Shown here: positions 18,904 through 28,718 of the stretch, in pieces | Numbering within the stretch: position 1 is the first letter of the stretch | Layout of the letters: every line of letters starts with the position of its first letter | Assembly: GCA_050014495.1 (NCBI GenBank) | Contig: JBEKDF010000004.1 | Coordinates: 43,939-107,938 of the forward strand | Origin: Candidatus Bathyarchaeia archaeon | GTDB lineage: Archaea; Thermoproteota; Bathyarchaeia; TCS64 | Direction: 5' to 3' | DNA length: 64,000 nt | Notes under the pieces: model-generated | What the model was told of the DNA's origin: nothing | Database searches by the model: none | Seen by the model: only the letters and a program-made list of their open reading frames with translations | Program-made: the position numbers and the translations under genes

Positions 18904-19929
18904 TCAGGTTGGTGGGCTCAAGCCCTCGATTGGTGCCGGGAACCAGCCCCCTAATTTAGTCTTTGCGTCGGCGAGTAACTCAGGAGTGTAGGTCCCAAAC
19001 ATGTTGTTCCCAGAGGAGATGTAGAGCATCTTCCCGAGGTCGAATCCCGCAACTTGGCAAATTAAAGCGTCGAGCTGAGCCACGCTGCTGCTAACTCCGA
19101 TGTCCCGTGTGAACGGGGTTGGTCCGTCTCCACGGGTTGCCTCGAATAATCTAATGAGGTTGAAGAGGGCCCCATATACCTTATCCATGTCGAGTATGCT
19201 GTTATCCAGCCTCTTATTCTTGTAGCCATGCCACCACGCTCTCACGGGGTCCGATGTTAAGCCAAATAGGTTCTTCATCGTGAGGCTCGGGTACTCCTTG
19301 CGTTTGCTCAGGCTGATGAGGGTGGAGTCGCGGTGCCTGAATAGTTTCTCGGGGACGAGGCCGTAGACTTTCTCGATTTTTGCGGGTGGGTATTTTGACT
19401 CTACGGCCTCCTTGACGATCTTCGGATCAGCGACATATCCCGCCCATGTCTCGTCGGTGGCGTTGACATACTCGATGCCGTTATCCTTGAAGAAGTCGAG
19501 GTAACCGTATTTCTTCAGGTAGAGGTTATTCTCCTTCATCAAGTGGCTCCAGTGGGGCCCGTTTATGAACCAGTCCCAGTCGGGGTTCTTTAACAGCCAC
19601 CTCCAACCTCTGCCCTTAAGGAGCTGGTTCCAGTCCAGCTCCACGCCGTCTGCCATGAATCGTAGGCCGTTTGGATCCAGTATCCTCGGTCTCCAGAGGA
19701 GGTGTCCCTCGGTGACGATGATCTTGCCCTTGGCTGCCGCCGTGATGCATTGTAGAACATCGAGGTTCTTCGGGTAAATTTTTTCAACTGCTACCATGTC
19801 GACTTTGACGATGAGTGGGTCCGAACCTGGTATCTTATTCTTTAGTAGACTCGTCAGTTCTGCGGGCTTATATACCCTTGAGAACGTCGAATCTCCGATT
19901 TGGATGTAGAAGTCATCAAGGGTTAACAA
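18904..19929 (-). CDS. DUF362-like protein
   Basis: LISLSKRK...SLTMKNLFGL...HG motif. Confidence 0.6.
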   Translation of the reverse strand: MLTLDDFYIQIGDSTFSRVYKPAELTSLLKNKIPGSDPLIVKVDMVAVEKIYPKNLDVLQCITAAAKGKIIVTEGHLLWRPRILDPNGLRFMADGVELDWNQLLKGRGWRWLLKNPDWDWFINGPHWSHLMKENNLYLKKYGYLDFFKDNGIEYVNATDETWAGYVADPKIVKEAVESKYPPAKIEKVYGLVPEKLFRHRDSTLISLSKRKEYPSLTMKNLFGLTSDPVRAWWHGYKNKRLDNSILDMDKVYGALFNLIRLFEATRGDGPTPFTRDIGVSSSVAQLDALICQVAGFDLGKMLYISSGNNMFGTYTPELLADAKTKLGGWFPAPIEGLSPPT

Positions 19930-20676
19930 TTTGTTTCGTTTATAAAATGTTTTATGAAAAAGCCTTTGCTTGTATCAAAAGGGCGCGCCTCTGAGCTAAT
20001 TATGACTTCATCTCCTTACACATCTCCATGATCAATGGGATGAGTTCCCCTAGGTTTGCCCAGTTCCACTCACCTGCACTAAGGTAAATATCCTCATTAG
20101 ACTCTGAAGATATATCCGCACGGTTTCGTATACGTTCTAGGATTTCCTTGGCCTGCTTAGGAGTCATCTTCCATCCCCTAAACTTGTACTATTCTCGAAC
20201 GCACGCTCCGTGGACCCCATGTGAGTGGTAATCCTCCGCATGTGCGACGTGCCATTCCCGTAATAGTCGCAGCAGAATTTTTTACTTCCTGCTTCGCTGT
20301 GTATAACGTTTCGCATGTTTATGCAATCCTTTACTCAAGTAGTCGAGTACCAGTAATTAAGACATCCAAATTCGCCTAAATGCTATTGTATACGCTGTGT
20401 CGGGCCCACAATCTAATCTACCAGACAGCCATATAGCGTGCACGATTTACACATGTATTTTATTTATTGGTGATATCAGTTTCGCGCGCGCATATGGATT
20501 CGAGACTGCGCGCGTGCATGGCCCCCAACCCAATGATTATTCCACTTTCTAATTCTTCCCTTCCTCTACTCATCTAATCTTCGTGCCGCGATGTATCATT
20601 AATCTGGTTTTCAGTATCTACTATTATTATAGCCTTACATTTTCCATTTTGTTTAGATATGGAGAAGAACTGATCT

Positions 20677-20856
20677 ATGGTTCAGGTTTTAATTGATATT
20701 CCCGATGAGCTGGTTCACGACATGGAGGATACTATGAATATCTATGAGCTGAGCATTGATGAGCTAGTTGTGACGGCTGTTAGGCATCTGGTGAATAAGC
20801 GCCAGCGTAAATCCTCTGCTCCGTTGATTCGTACTCGGCCCCTAGAATTCTTGTAG
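20677..20856 (+). CDS. Small ribbon-helix-helix-like protein, 59 aa; absent from the ORF track
   Basis: MVQVLIDIPDELVHDMEDTMNIYELSIDELVVTAVRHLVNK: beta-strand plus two-helix pattern. Confidence 0.5.
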   Translation: MVQVLIDIPDELVHDMEDTMNIYELSIDELVVTAVRHLVNKRQRKSSAPLIRTRPLEFL

Positions 20857-20914
20857 CTTTGCGCGCGCTGCACATGCACAGAGTTATCTATGATTCCGAA
20901 CATATTCACAGTTA

Positions 20915-21601
20915 ATGGATACCAAGAAGAATCCCTCGAAGAGTACTGCAAAAATAAAAGTGACTGAGAACGGTCCTTACATAGTCACAGGGAGTATTCT
21001 CCTCTCCGAACAGATAATTGGTACCGACGAGGACGGATTCAGTGCCGTGTGGTGCTCAGGGAAGGAGTATCCCCTACAGGAGAGCTACTCGCTCTGTCGT
21101 TGTGGTAAGTCGAAGAACAAGCCTTACTGCGACGGAAGCCACATCACCACCTGGTTTAATGGTAGGGAGACTGCGAGCCACGAGCCCTACAGCAAACTCG
21201 CAAACAGAATTGATGGTCCCGACCTGAGGCTCATGGACGCCCCTGACCTCTGTGCCTTCGCAAGGTTCTGCGACCGCGGCGAAAGCGTCTGGAGCTATAC
21301 ACGAGACTCTAACGATCCAGAGGCGAAGAAGATTGCCATCGCCCAGGCACGCAACTGCCCCTCGGGTCGCCTCGTCACCTTGGAAAAGAAGACAAACCAA
21401 GTTTACGATGAGGGCATCGAGAAGTCTATAGTGGTTGTCGAGGACCCTCAGATGGGGTGCCCTGGGCCGATATGGGTCCGCGGAGGTATACCCATAGAGG
21501 ATGCGAATGGGAAGCCCTATGAGATCAGGAACCGCGTCACTCTCTGCCGGTGTGGGAAATCGGGGAACAAGCCATTATGCGATGGCTCACACGCTCGTTA
21601 G
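20915..21601 (+). CDS. CDGSH iron-sulfur protein (two CDGSH domains around a divergent 4Fe-4S domain)
   Basis: LCRCGKSKNKPYCDGSH and LCRCGKSGNKPLCDGSH; CAFARFC...CPSGRL. Confidence 0.92.
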   Translation: MDTKKNPSKSTAKIKVTENGPYIVTGSILLSEQIIGTDEDGFSAVWCSGKEYPLQESYSLCRCGKSKNKPYCDGSHITTWFNGRETASHEPYSKLANRIDGPDLRLMDAPDLCAFARFCDRGESVWSYTRDSNDPEAKKIAIAQARNCPSGRLVTLEKKTNQVYDEGIEKSIVVVEDPQMGCPGPIWVRGGIPIEDANGKPYEIRNRVTLCRCGKSGNKPLCDGSHAR

Positions 21602-21686
21602 TCTCTTGCGCATCGTACGCGAGATTCTGGTAAGACTCTTAGCATAAAGTGAGGATTTTTAATAGAAACCGACATTAAATAGTATT

Positions 21687-22028
21687 ATGGCGGACCTCAA
21701 CCAGGCGATAATCGTTATAATAGCAGGCATAGCAGTGGCCATCGCTGATGGCCTCATTAAGAAGACGGCCATCGGCGCTTCCCTAACCGATGCGCTAAAG
21801 AACCCTCTCATGATAGGCGTCGTGTTTCTGTATCTCGCCCAGATTGCATTTTTCACCTACGTCTTCGTGAATGGTTGGCAGCTGGGGGTTGTCGGGATTC
21901 TACAGATGGTGGCTTACTCCGTGTTTGTGCTGATCACAGGCGTCTTCATATTCAAGGAGAGCTTCACCGTGACTCAGTACTTAGGTTTTGTTTTGGCTAT
22001 TAGTGGCGCTGTGCTGATCAATTTATGA
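21687..22028 (+). CDS. Small 4-TM DMT/SMR-like membrane protein
   Basis: Four TMs; GVFIFKESFTVTQYLG. Confidence 0.7.
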   Translation: MADLNQAIIVIIAGIAVAIADGLIKKTAIGASLTDALKNPLMIGVVFLYLAQIAFFTYVFVNGWQLGVVGILQMVAYSVFVLITGVFIFKESFTVTQYLGFVLAISGAVLINL

Positions 22029-22176
22029 ATTCAAATGCGCTCCGTTATCTTATCCCTTAAACCCCAATATATTCTGTAGACATCTGTTTCCTCGAATTCT
22101 TGGGCGTGCGTATAAGCGGCCCGCGAGTCACGATATAACGGTAGAAGAATCAAGAGCAGTGTCTGCGTTATGCACT

Positions 22177-22359
22177 TTATTCTATCAGATGCTTTCCTTC
22201 ATCCATGATCTTGCTACCGTCGACTCAAATCGATGACTTCGCAATGGCGCGTCCGACTTCCACTGTGAGGCGGTCTGTGAGAATGAGAACATGTTCACCT
22301 CTATTCATCGACATGCAAACCTCCACAACGTTTCTGGCGCCTTGTTCTAATGTTCCCAA
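22177..22359 (-). pseudogene. M29-like aminopeptidase remnant: N-terminus fused to C-terminus
   Basis: Manual translation MGTLEQGARNVVEVCMSMNRGEHVLILTDRLTVEVGRAIAKS | SI*VDGSKIMDEGKHLIE*. Confidence 0.65.
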
Positions 22360-22552
22360 ATCAATAACACACTTACAGGATTTTCTTATATGTTATATAA
22401 TATGTATACGCGCGCGCCACACCACCACACACCTTTGTCATCCCGGCTAAAACCATAAGCCATCCGAGATCATCATTGCAAAATAGTTAAAGTGAAAGCT
22501 AACAAGGAAAACGTTTAAGACTAACCTGAACCTTTGCCGCCGTCGAATAAGA

Positions 22553-23353
22553 ATGCCGAAACCCAAGAAATCCTTAAGCGAACTCGTCTCCCTCAAGGGG
22601 AGGGAGGCCCTCATCACAGGTTCAGCCGTAGGCATAGGAAGAGCCATAGCCAACCGCTATGCTGAGGCGGGAGCCGACCTCATACTAGTGGACATCAATA
22701 AGGAGAAGCTTGAGGAGGCTGCCGAAGAACTCAAGGAGTGGGGCGTAGACGTTGCGCCGAAGAGGATCGACCTATCCAAAAAAGCTGAAATCGACCACTT
22801 ATGGGTGGAACTCGAGGGCTCGGAGCCCGACACCCTCGTCAACAACGCGGGCATCTACCCATTCTGCGACTTCCTCGACATCGATGAGGCCCTCTTCGAG
22901 AAGGTCCACTCCATCAATCTCGAGGCCGTGCTATGGATGTGCCAAAACATGTTAAGTGCCCGGAAGAGGATGGGTGGCGTCATCATCAACGTCAGCAGCA
23001 TCGAGGCCGTCCTCCCGTTTAAGAAGGGAATGATCCACTACGACGCCTCGAAAGCGGGGATCATCGGCCTCACACGTGGTCTCGCCCGAGACTTCAGCGA
23101 CAAGGGTTTCCGGGTAAACGCCCTCCTCCCCGGTGGCATAGTTACCCCAGGCACAAAGGGGGCGGCCACAGAGTTCTTCAAGGGGAATATTGGCCTAGCT
23201 AAAACGGGATACGATTTCATGAGTAGGTTACCCATGGGGCGTGTGGGTGATCCAGACGAGGTCGCCCGCGCGGCGCTGTTCCTCGCCTCCGACCTATCCA
23301 GTTATGTGACGGGGGTCCTACTCCCAGTCGATGGTGGCTTTCTCTCCGCCTGA
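22553..23353 (+). CDS. Short-chain dehydrogenase/reductase
   Basis: ITGSAVGIG, LVNNAG, YDASK, RVNALLPG, PVDGG. Confidence 0.93.
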   Translation: MPKPKKSLSELVSLKGREALITGSAVGIGRAIANRYAEAGADLILVDINKEKLEEAAEELKEWGVDVAPKRIDLSKKAEIDHLWVELEGSEPDTLVNNAGIYPFCDFLDIDEALFEKVHSINLEAVLWMCQNMLSARKRMGGVIINVSSIEAVLPFKKGMIHYDASKAGIIGLTRGLARDFSDKGFRVNALLPGGIVTPGTKGAATEFFKGNIGLAKTGYDFMSRLPMGRVGDPDEVARAALFLASDLSSYVTGVLLPVDGGFLSA

Positions 23354-23530
23354 TCCGCTTTTGCAAATGCTAATAGCTCCCTCCTCAGCTCCACCTGATT
23401 TAGTCAGGTGAATGATTGTTGGTTGATTTGGCTGAGATTCACGAAACTTTATAATTGGGTAGAATTTAAGTAAAATTTTCTTCACTTACCTAGTTAAATC
23501 TCCTCATGCCTCACCCATACTTGATGAACG

Positions 23531-24008
23531 ATGACTGAGGATCACTCAGAGAGCCTCGAGGAGCGGGTCTTCAAATCGTTGAGCAACGAGAACGGAGAGA
23601 AATCATACGGTACCTCGGCAAGAGAAGCGGAGCAAGGTTCAATGAGGTGAAGAAGGACCTCGACTTTGATGACGGTGCCTCACTAACCTATCACTTGACC
23701 TCCCTGGATCCCCTGATAACACAGGAAGAGGGTGGTTATGGGCTCTCACCAGCTGGTCGAGATGCCTACAACTTGATGAATAAAATCACCTCGGTTACCA
23801 AAGCAACAGCCATGATAAGCTCCGTGAGGAGGCAGGTCGTGGCTATGATAATAGTAATGCTATTTTATGGGCTGTCGCCATACTGAGCGTACGACTTAAT
23901 GAAGGAAACCTACAGGGAGCTACTCTCTATAGCTTCTTTGCACTTTGGTTCATCAGCAACATTTTCCTATACACCATTTCTCAACGTTTAAGCAGAGCCT
24001 CGAGGTAG
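23531..24008 (+). pseudogene. Frameshifted ArsR/wHTH plus 2-TM regulator
   Basis: MTEDHSESLEERVFKSLSNE / RREIIRYLG...ASLTYHLTSL / NAILWAVAIL...LWFISNIFLY*; two frame changes near 23590 and 23855. Confidence 0.75.
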
Positions 24009-24178
24009 AACTCGTATTTCGTGCACTCGTAACTCAACAGCAGCTACCTTTGGTGACTCAATATCCTTATCCTAAGCTCCACCTGATACTCAAAATCTTA
24101 CTACAAAGATGCTTTTGCTAAACCTCATTTAACGTACAAAAGATTCCCGCATACAAGCCGGTTTCCTTAATCATTGAT

Positions 24179-25021
24179 CTAATTCAAAGACTTTCTACCC
24201 ACACACAAAATGTAGCCCAGGTACTTGTTTGCCACCCTATCCCTCAACAGTACATCCTTAACCTCATTGATCTTACCGAAGCGTCGCCGCATCTTTGCAC
24301 TCCTCAACGCGAGGACAAACACTCCCCAAAGCGTGCCCATAAGTTTACTCCACCCCCCAAACTCGTTCACAAGACTCAACGAATAGGACTGCTGCGAGAC
24401 ATTGTAGTACTCCTCCAAAGACACATTACCGAACCCAGCAGACTCAAATGCCGAGCACCAGGAAGCAGGGCTGCGAATGTTGAGGGGAAGGTCAGTCAGC
24501 TCCCTGAAGACCCTTTCACCATAGGCGACGCGATCTAAGGCATCAGGGGGCACATGATCGGCCTTGTACATCTCGTTAACTCCGAGGATCCCACCCACCT
24601 TAAGGATCCTATAGAACTCGGGGAAGGCCCTGGCTGGATCTAGAAACTGGGACACGAATACGGTCAGCACCACGTCGAAACTTCCATCGGGGTAGTTCAG
24701 TCTATAGGCGTCTCCCGGCATGAACTTGACATGATCTGTTAGACCCAGATCCGTGGCCTGTTTCTGTGCGTAGATAACCATGTGCTTGGCGTTGTCGACG
24801 CCCACGATGCTGCACCCATACCTTTTTGCTAGGTAGCAGGCGTTGGTCCCCGTCCCGCAGCCCACCTCAAGTATTCTGGTGTGCTCCGTGATTTGGCAGA
24901 GCTCTGCCAGTCTGTCAATGCTGGCTAGGCCTCCTGTGTTGAAGAATGGAACACCCATGTAGCCCATGAAATCGTAGTAGCTGAGGTCCTCGATCTCGTT
25001 GAGCTTAAGGTTGCCAGGCAT
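24179..25021 (-). CDS. Class I SAM-dependent methyltransferase
   Basis: RILEVGCGTG, GDAYRLNYPDGSFDVV, RILKVGG. Confidence 0.88.
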   Translation of the reverse strand: MPGNLKLNEIEDLSYYDFMGYMGVPFFNTGGLASIDRLAELCQITEHTRILEVGCGTGTNACYLAKRYGCSIVGVDNAKHMVIYAQKQATDLGLTDHVKFMPGDAYRLNYPDGSFDVVLTVFVSQFLDPARAFPEFYRILKVGGILGVNEMYKADHVPPDALDRVAYGERVFRELTDLPLNIRSPASWCSAFESAGFGNVSLEEYYNVSQQSYSLSLVNEFGGWSKLMGTLWGVFVLALRSAKMRRRFGKINEVKDVLLRDRVANKYLGYILCVGRKSLN

Positions 25022-25128
25022 TCAATCATCTAAAGAATTGTCTGGGGATTAAAATATGTGTCAAACGCGTACGCATTTCGGGTTCTAGTATTTTGATGGT
25101 CTCCTCGCTAAAATTCGCGCAGGTTTGA

Positions 25129-26100
25129 CTAGCTATCTTTCAATATTTTTCGGAGCATATCTGAGGTGAGGTTTCCGCCGCTGAGAACCACACCCACCCT
25201 TTTACCTCTCAGACCATCACGCATCTTAATAGCAGCTGCGAGGGAAGCGGCTCCCGCCCCCTCAGCTATCGTATGAGCCTTCTCGACGTAAAGTCTAATG
25301 GCCGCCTTCATCTCATCCTCTGACACTAGTACGAAATCGTCTAATTTCTCCCTCATAATTTCTAGGGGGAGCTCAAAAGCACTCCTCGTTGCCAACCCAT
25401 CAGCGAAGGTCTTTGACTTCCCGGTACTCTCCATGTTACCACTTCTCCAGCTAAGGTAGACACTCTGCGCCTCCTCAGCTTGAACACCAATTATCTTCGT
25501 CTCAGGCGACATAGTCTTATAGACTGTTGAAATTCCTGAAGCACCAGATCCTCCACCCACCGGAACAATAACAGCGTCAAGGTTTTGCTGATCCTCAATC
25601 ATCTCGAGACCGATTGTCCCAACTCCTGCTATGAGGTGCGGTTCATTTCCACTGTGAATGTACTTGTATCCATGTTCCAGAGCTAGCCTCTCAGCGTTTT
25701 CCTTGGCTTCCTCAAAATCCTTTCCCTCTTCAACGATCTCCGCTCCAAAGCTCTTGATGGCGCAGATTTTATCGGGGTTAGGGTTCCTCGGGACACATAT
25801 GATCGCCTTCACGCCAAACATCCTAGATGCCAAAGCTATAGACTGGCCGTGATTACCGGTGGATGCGGTGATGACTCCGTGCCCCTTCTCCTCGGTGGTA
25901 AGCTGACTGACTAGATTGATTCCACCCCTAATCTTGAACGCACAGGTGGGTTGATGATTTTCATGCTTGACATAAACATCGCAACCTACTGCCTCTGAGA
26001 GGGCACTATACTCACGCAGGGGGGTCTTCGCCAGATAGGGTTGAATCCGCTTTCTAGCAGCTAAAACATCTTTGAGGGTTGGCTTGTACATTCTACTCAC
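25129..26100 (-). CDS. Threonine/serine dehydratase (PLP, no ACT domain)
   Basis: KHENHQPTCAFKIRGG, STGNHG, VPVGGGSG, EGAGA, LSGGN. Confidence 0.92.
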   Translation of the reverse strand: MSRMYKPTLKDVLAARKRIQPYLAKTPLREYSALSEAVGCDVYVKHENHQPTCAFKIRGGINLVSQLTTEEKGHGVITASTGNHGQSIALASRMFGVKAIICVPRNPNPDKICAIKSFGAEIVEEGKDFEEAKENAERLALEHGYKYIHSGNEPHLIAGVGTIGLEMIEDQQNLDAVIVPVGGGSGASGISTVYKTMSPETKIIGVQAEEAQSVYLSWRSGNMESTGKSKTFADGLATRSAFELPLEIMREKLDDFVLVSEDEMKAAIRLYVEKAHTIAEGAGAASLAAAIKMRDGLRGKRVGVVLSGGNLTSDMLRKILKDS

Positions 26101-26156
26101 TATAATTTGGGTGTGTAGATTATTATGCGTGCGCTAGGTTTTAATGGCGCGCATGA

Positions 26157-26546
26157 TCAGGTTTCCTTGTTCTCAGGATACCATCCGCCACTTGGGGGTT
26201 TTGTGTTCGGAGACGGAGGGTTAGGCATTCCGATCCTGAAGTGTTTCCCAGTCTTCTTCTCCTTCCATCTCACATTTTCCGCTATGGGGTAGTTCATTTT
26301 GATGGCACCCTGAAGCGCTCTCGGACAAGCGTGCACGCAACAACCGCAGTCACAACACTCATCGGAGTAGATTGTGAGCGGTGGCTTCCCCGGCTCTGGG
26401 TTCTTAACCAGCATATCCATCCTACAGGCCTTGACACACCGTGGCTCCTCGAGCGTCGGACAGCCATTGCAGACCTTGGGATCGAACTCAATGAACTTCG
26501 TTGCCTCGAAGGGCACATAGATCTTCCTCACACTCATGGCAATCAC
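26157..26546 (-). CDS. Ferredoxin, AprB-like small subunit
   Basis: CNGC...CVKACRMD and DECCDCGCCVHACP; overlaps the stop of the flavoprotein gene. Confidence 0.75.
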   Translation of the reverse strand: MIAMSVRKIYVPFEATKFIEFDPKVCNGCPTLEEPRCVKACRMDMLVKNPEPGKPPLTIYSDECCDCGCCVHACPRALQGAIKMNYPIAENVRWKEKKTGKHFRIGMPNPPSPNTKPPSGGWYPENKET

Positions 26547-28495
26547 CAGGGCTTGTGCTCCTCATAGTTCTCCCTGTACGTGGGGGCGTACGGTGGCATC
26601 AGCCAAAACCCGAATGGATGCTCCCCGACCACGACCTTCCCGTCCGCCTGCTTGAGCGTCACGAACTTGTTCCACTCAGTGGGGTCATCCTGCGAATAAT
26701 CGAGTCTGCGTAGGTTGAGCGCCTTCGAGCTCGCCTTCCTACTTAGCGCTGACTCTATGATTATCTGGGAGACCGTGAGAAGGTCAAGTGTCTCCAGGCT
26801 CCTCATGAGCTCGTGGGGATTCGAGGCTACCAGCTCCTTGGCCTCCTTACTCTCAAGCTCCCTGAGCCAGGTCTGCCCGATTTCGAGCAACTCCTCGTTC
26901 ACATACTCGCCAAAGTAGGTCCTCAGGACACTGCTGATGCCGGTGTTCAGGTCCTTCCAGTCGATGCCCTCCGTCCTCTCCGTTGGGGCATAGATCCTCG
27001 TCATCCCTTGTTGGACTTGGGACTCATCGAGCTCGGAACTCGAGGCATGTTTAGCATACTCTGCTGCTTTGGCGCCTGCCCACCTGCCGCCAGTCGCAGC
27101 TGCGGAGTGGAAGTTGCTGCCGAAGATTGTGTCACCGGCGCCATAGAAGCCATCGAGGGTCGTCTTCAGATCCCAGTCGACTATCAGCCCGCTGCCAGTT
27201 GACATCGTCCAGCCCCGCTTAGAAGTGGCGTCGAGGGAGGGACCACTGCTGAACCAGTCTCCGTAGTACTGGAGTAGGTCTTTGTCGGGGTCAAAGCCGG
27301 CCTGCGTGAGATTGCGGTACACGATCCAAGTCTTACCCTCCTGGGCAACCATTAGGCCAAAAATCGCCTTCCTCTCATATTCAGACATAGAGGTAAGGTC
27401 AGCATAGAGTGGAAGCTTATACTCCCCCTTCCTGACTAGCTCCTCGAACTCGGGTCTGTCGGAGAGGCAGACGGGCATGTCACTCTCGAGGGCCTTGCCA
27501 GTCATTGCCATAGGGATCCCCGGCATTATGATTCTCTTACCCCGTGTGGAGGGCTTTACGCGCTGATCAAATGACGTGAGTGTCTTGCCGTCGAGGCTTA
27601 TGTAGGGTATCTCCTTGCCGTTGGCATCGACGATTGTGCACGGGTACCAGGTGTTCCGTGGATTGCCCGTGCCATAGGCGGGGTGCCTTGAAATTCCCGT
27701 TACTCTCTTTCCCTCAAGCTGGGTGAGCTCCGCTCCCGCCCTCCAAGCCATGGCGAATCCGCTCCCTACGAGATTAGGCGCCCTAAGGCCGTTGATCCTG
27801 TAGCCGGAGTAGAGCCAGGGCCTGTCAGAGGCCTTGCCCGTGCAGAGTACCGTAGCCTTCGCCTTGAAGACATAGTACTCGCCCGTGCGGACATTCACCG
27901 CCGTCGCACCGACGACCCTCGCCCCCTGCTTGCCCCCCTCAGTGAGTAGACCTGTAGCGTAGACCCTGTTGATTAGCTCGACGTCGCTTCTCAGCATCTC
28001 TCCGTAGAGGGCAAGTTTGAAGGTTTGTCCCCAGACCCTGAGGGTGTGCCTGTTCTCGTAGTCGTAGGCGAAGAGCAGCTTCGTGTCCTCGTCCCTGAAC
28101 GGGGCACCCTTGAACTCGTCGGCGTCGTCCCTTATTTTGCCCCCCATCTTCTCAAGCTCGAGGAGGGCGCGGTAGCCATCGTTGCAGTTTATGTACTCCA
28201 TGATGCCGTTTATGTAGCCTCTGTAGCCGGGGTCAACGATCTCTAGGTACTCGTCAGGGGTGATCTTGGCGCAGGGGTTGTCCAGGGCGGGGCCCCAGTG
28301 GTCGCACCCGGAGGGTCCGGATGATATGTTATCGGACTCCTCGATGAGGGTGACGCGGGTACCTCTCCTCGCTGCCTCGATGGCGGCCCATGGCCCAGCG
28401 ATGCCTCCTCCAATCACGAGTACATCGGTTTCGACGCGGTTCACTGTACCGTACCTTAACTCGTACGGCCACTCGACTACTCCCTTGAAAGACAT
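26543..28495 (-). CDS. SdhA/AprA-family FAD-binding oxidoreductase large subunit
   Basis: DVLVIGGGIAG, AKATVLCTG, GFAMAWRAGAEL, TTLDGFYGAGD, NPHELMRSLE...SRKAS. Confidence 0.85.
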   Translation of the reverse strand: MSFKGVVEWPYELRYGTVNRVETDVLVIGGGIAGPWAAIEAARRGTRVTLIEESDNISSGPSGCDHWGPALDNPCAKITPDEYLEIVDPGYRGYINGIMEYINCNDGYRALLELEKMGGKIRDDADEFKGAPFRDEDTKLLFAYDYENRHTLRVWGQTFKLALYGEMLRSDVELINRVYATGLLTEGGKQGARVVGATAVNVRTGEYYVFKAKATVLCTGKASDRPWLYSGYRINGLRAPNLVGSGFAMAWRAGAELTQLEGKRVTGISRHPAYGTGNPRNTWYPCTIVDANGKEIPYISLDGKTLTSFDQRVKPSTRGKRIIMPGIPMAMTGKALESDMPVCLSDRPEFEELVRKGEYKLPLYADLTSMSEYERKAIFGLMVAQEGKTWIVYRNLTQAGFDPDKDLLQYYGDWFSSGPSLDATSKRGWTMSTGSGLIVDWDLKTTLDGFYGAGDTIFGSNFHSAAATGGRWAGAKAAEYAKHASSSELDESQVQQGMTRIYAPTERTEGIDWKDLNTGISSVLRTYFGEYVNEELLEIGQTWLRELESKEAKELVASNPHELMRSLETLDLLTVSQIIIESALSRKASSKALNLRRLDYSQDDPTEWNKFVTLKQADGKVVVGEHPFGFWLMPPYAPTYRENYEEHKPW

Positions 28496-28718
28496 GAACT
28501 CACAGCCTAGTTAGAGGATTAATGGATTAGCGTGAAGTGATAAGTTTTCGGCTTCCAAGGAATGCCTCATCCAGATGAGCACCCTTATTTATCATTAAAA
28601 GAGATTCAACGCTCTGCTTCATGGCATGCGCGCGCTCATGGAGGTGGGCGGGAACGCGGGGGTCACATTATTTGCCTAGTTTATCGGGGGGACGATCCCT
28701 GCCTCAAGCGTGTTAGCC

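Noticed and set aside
20000..20300. Minus-strand coding remnant (MTPKQAKEILER...NLGELIPLIMEMCKEMKS)
   Set aside because: Protein-like, but no family was recognised; insufficient support to call.
26157..28495. Dissimilatory sulfate reduction (aprAB)
   Set aside because: Only family-level similarity, the order is large subunit then ferredoxin, and no sat/qmo/dsr context is present.
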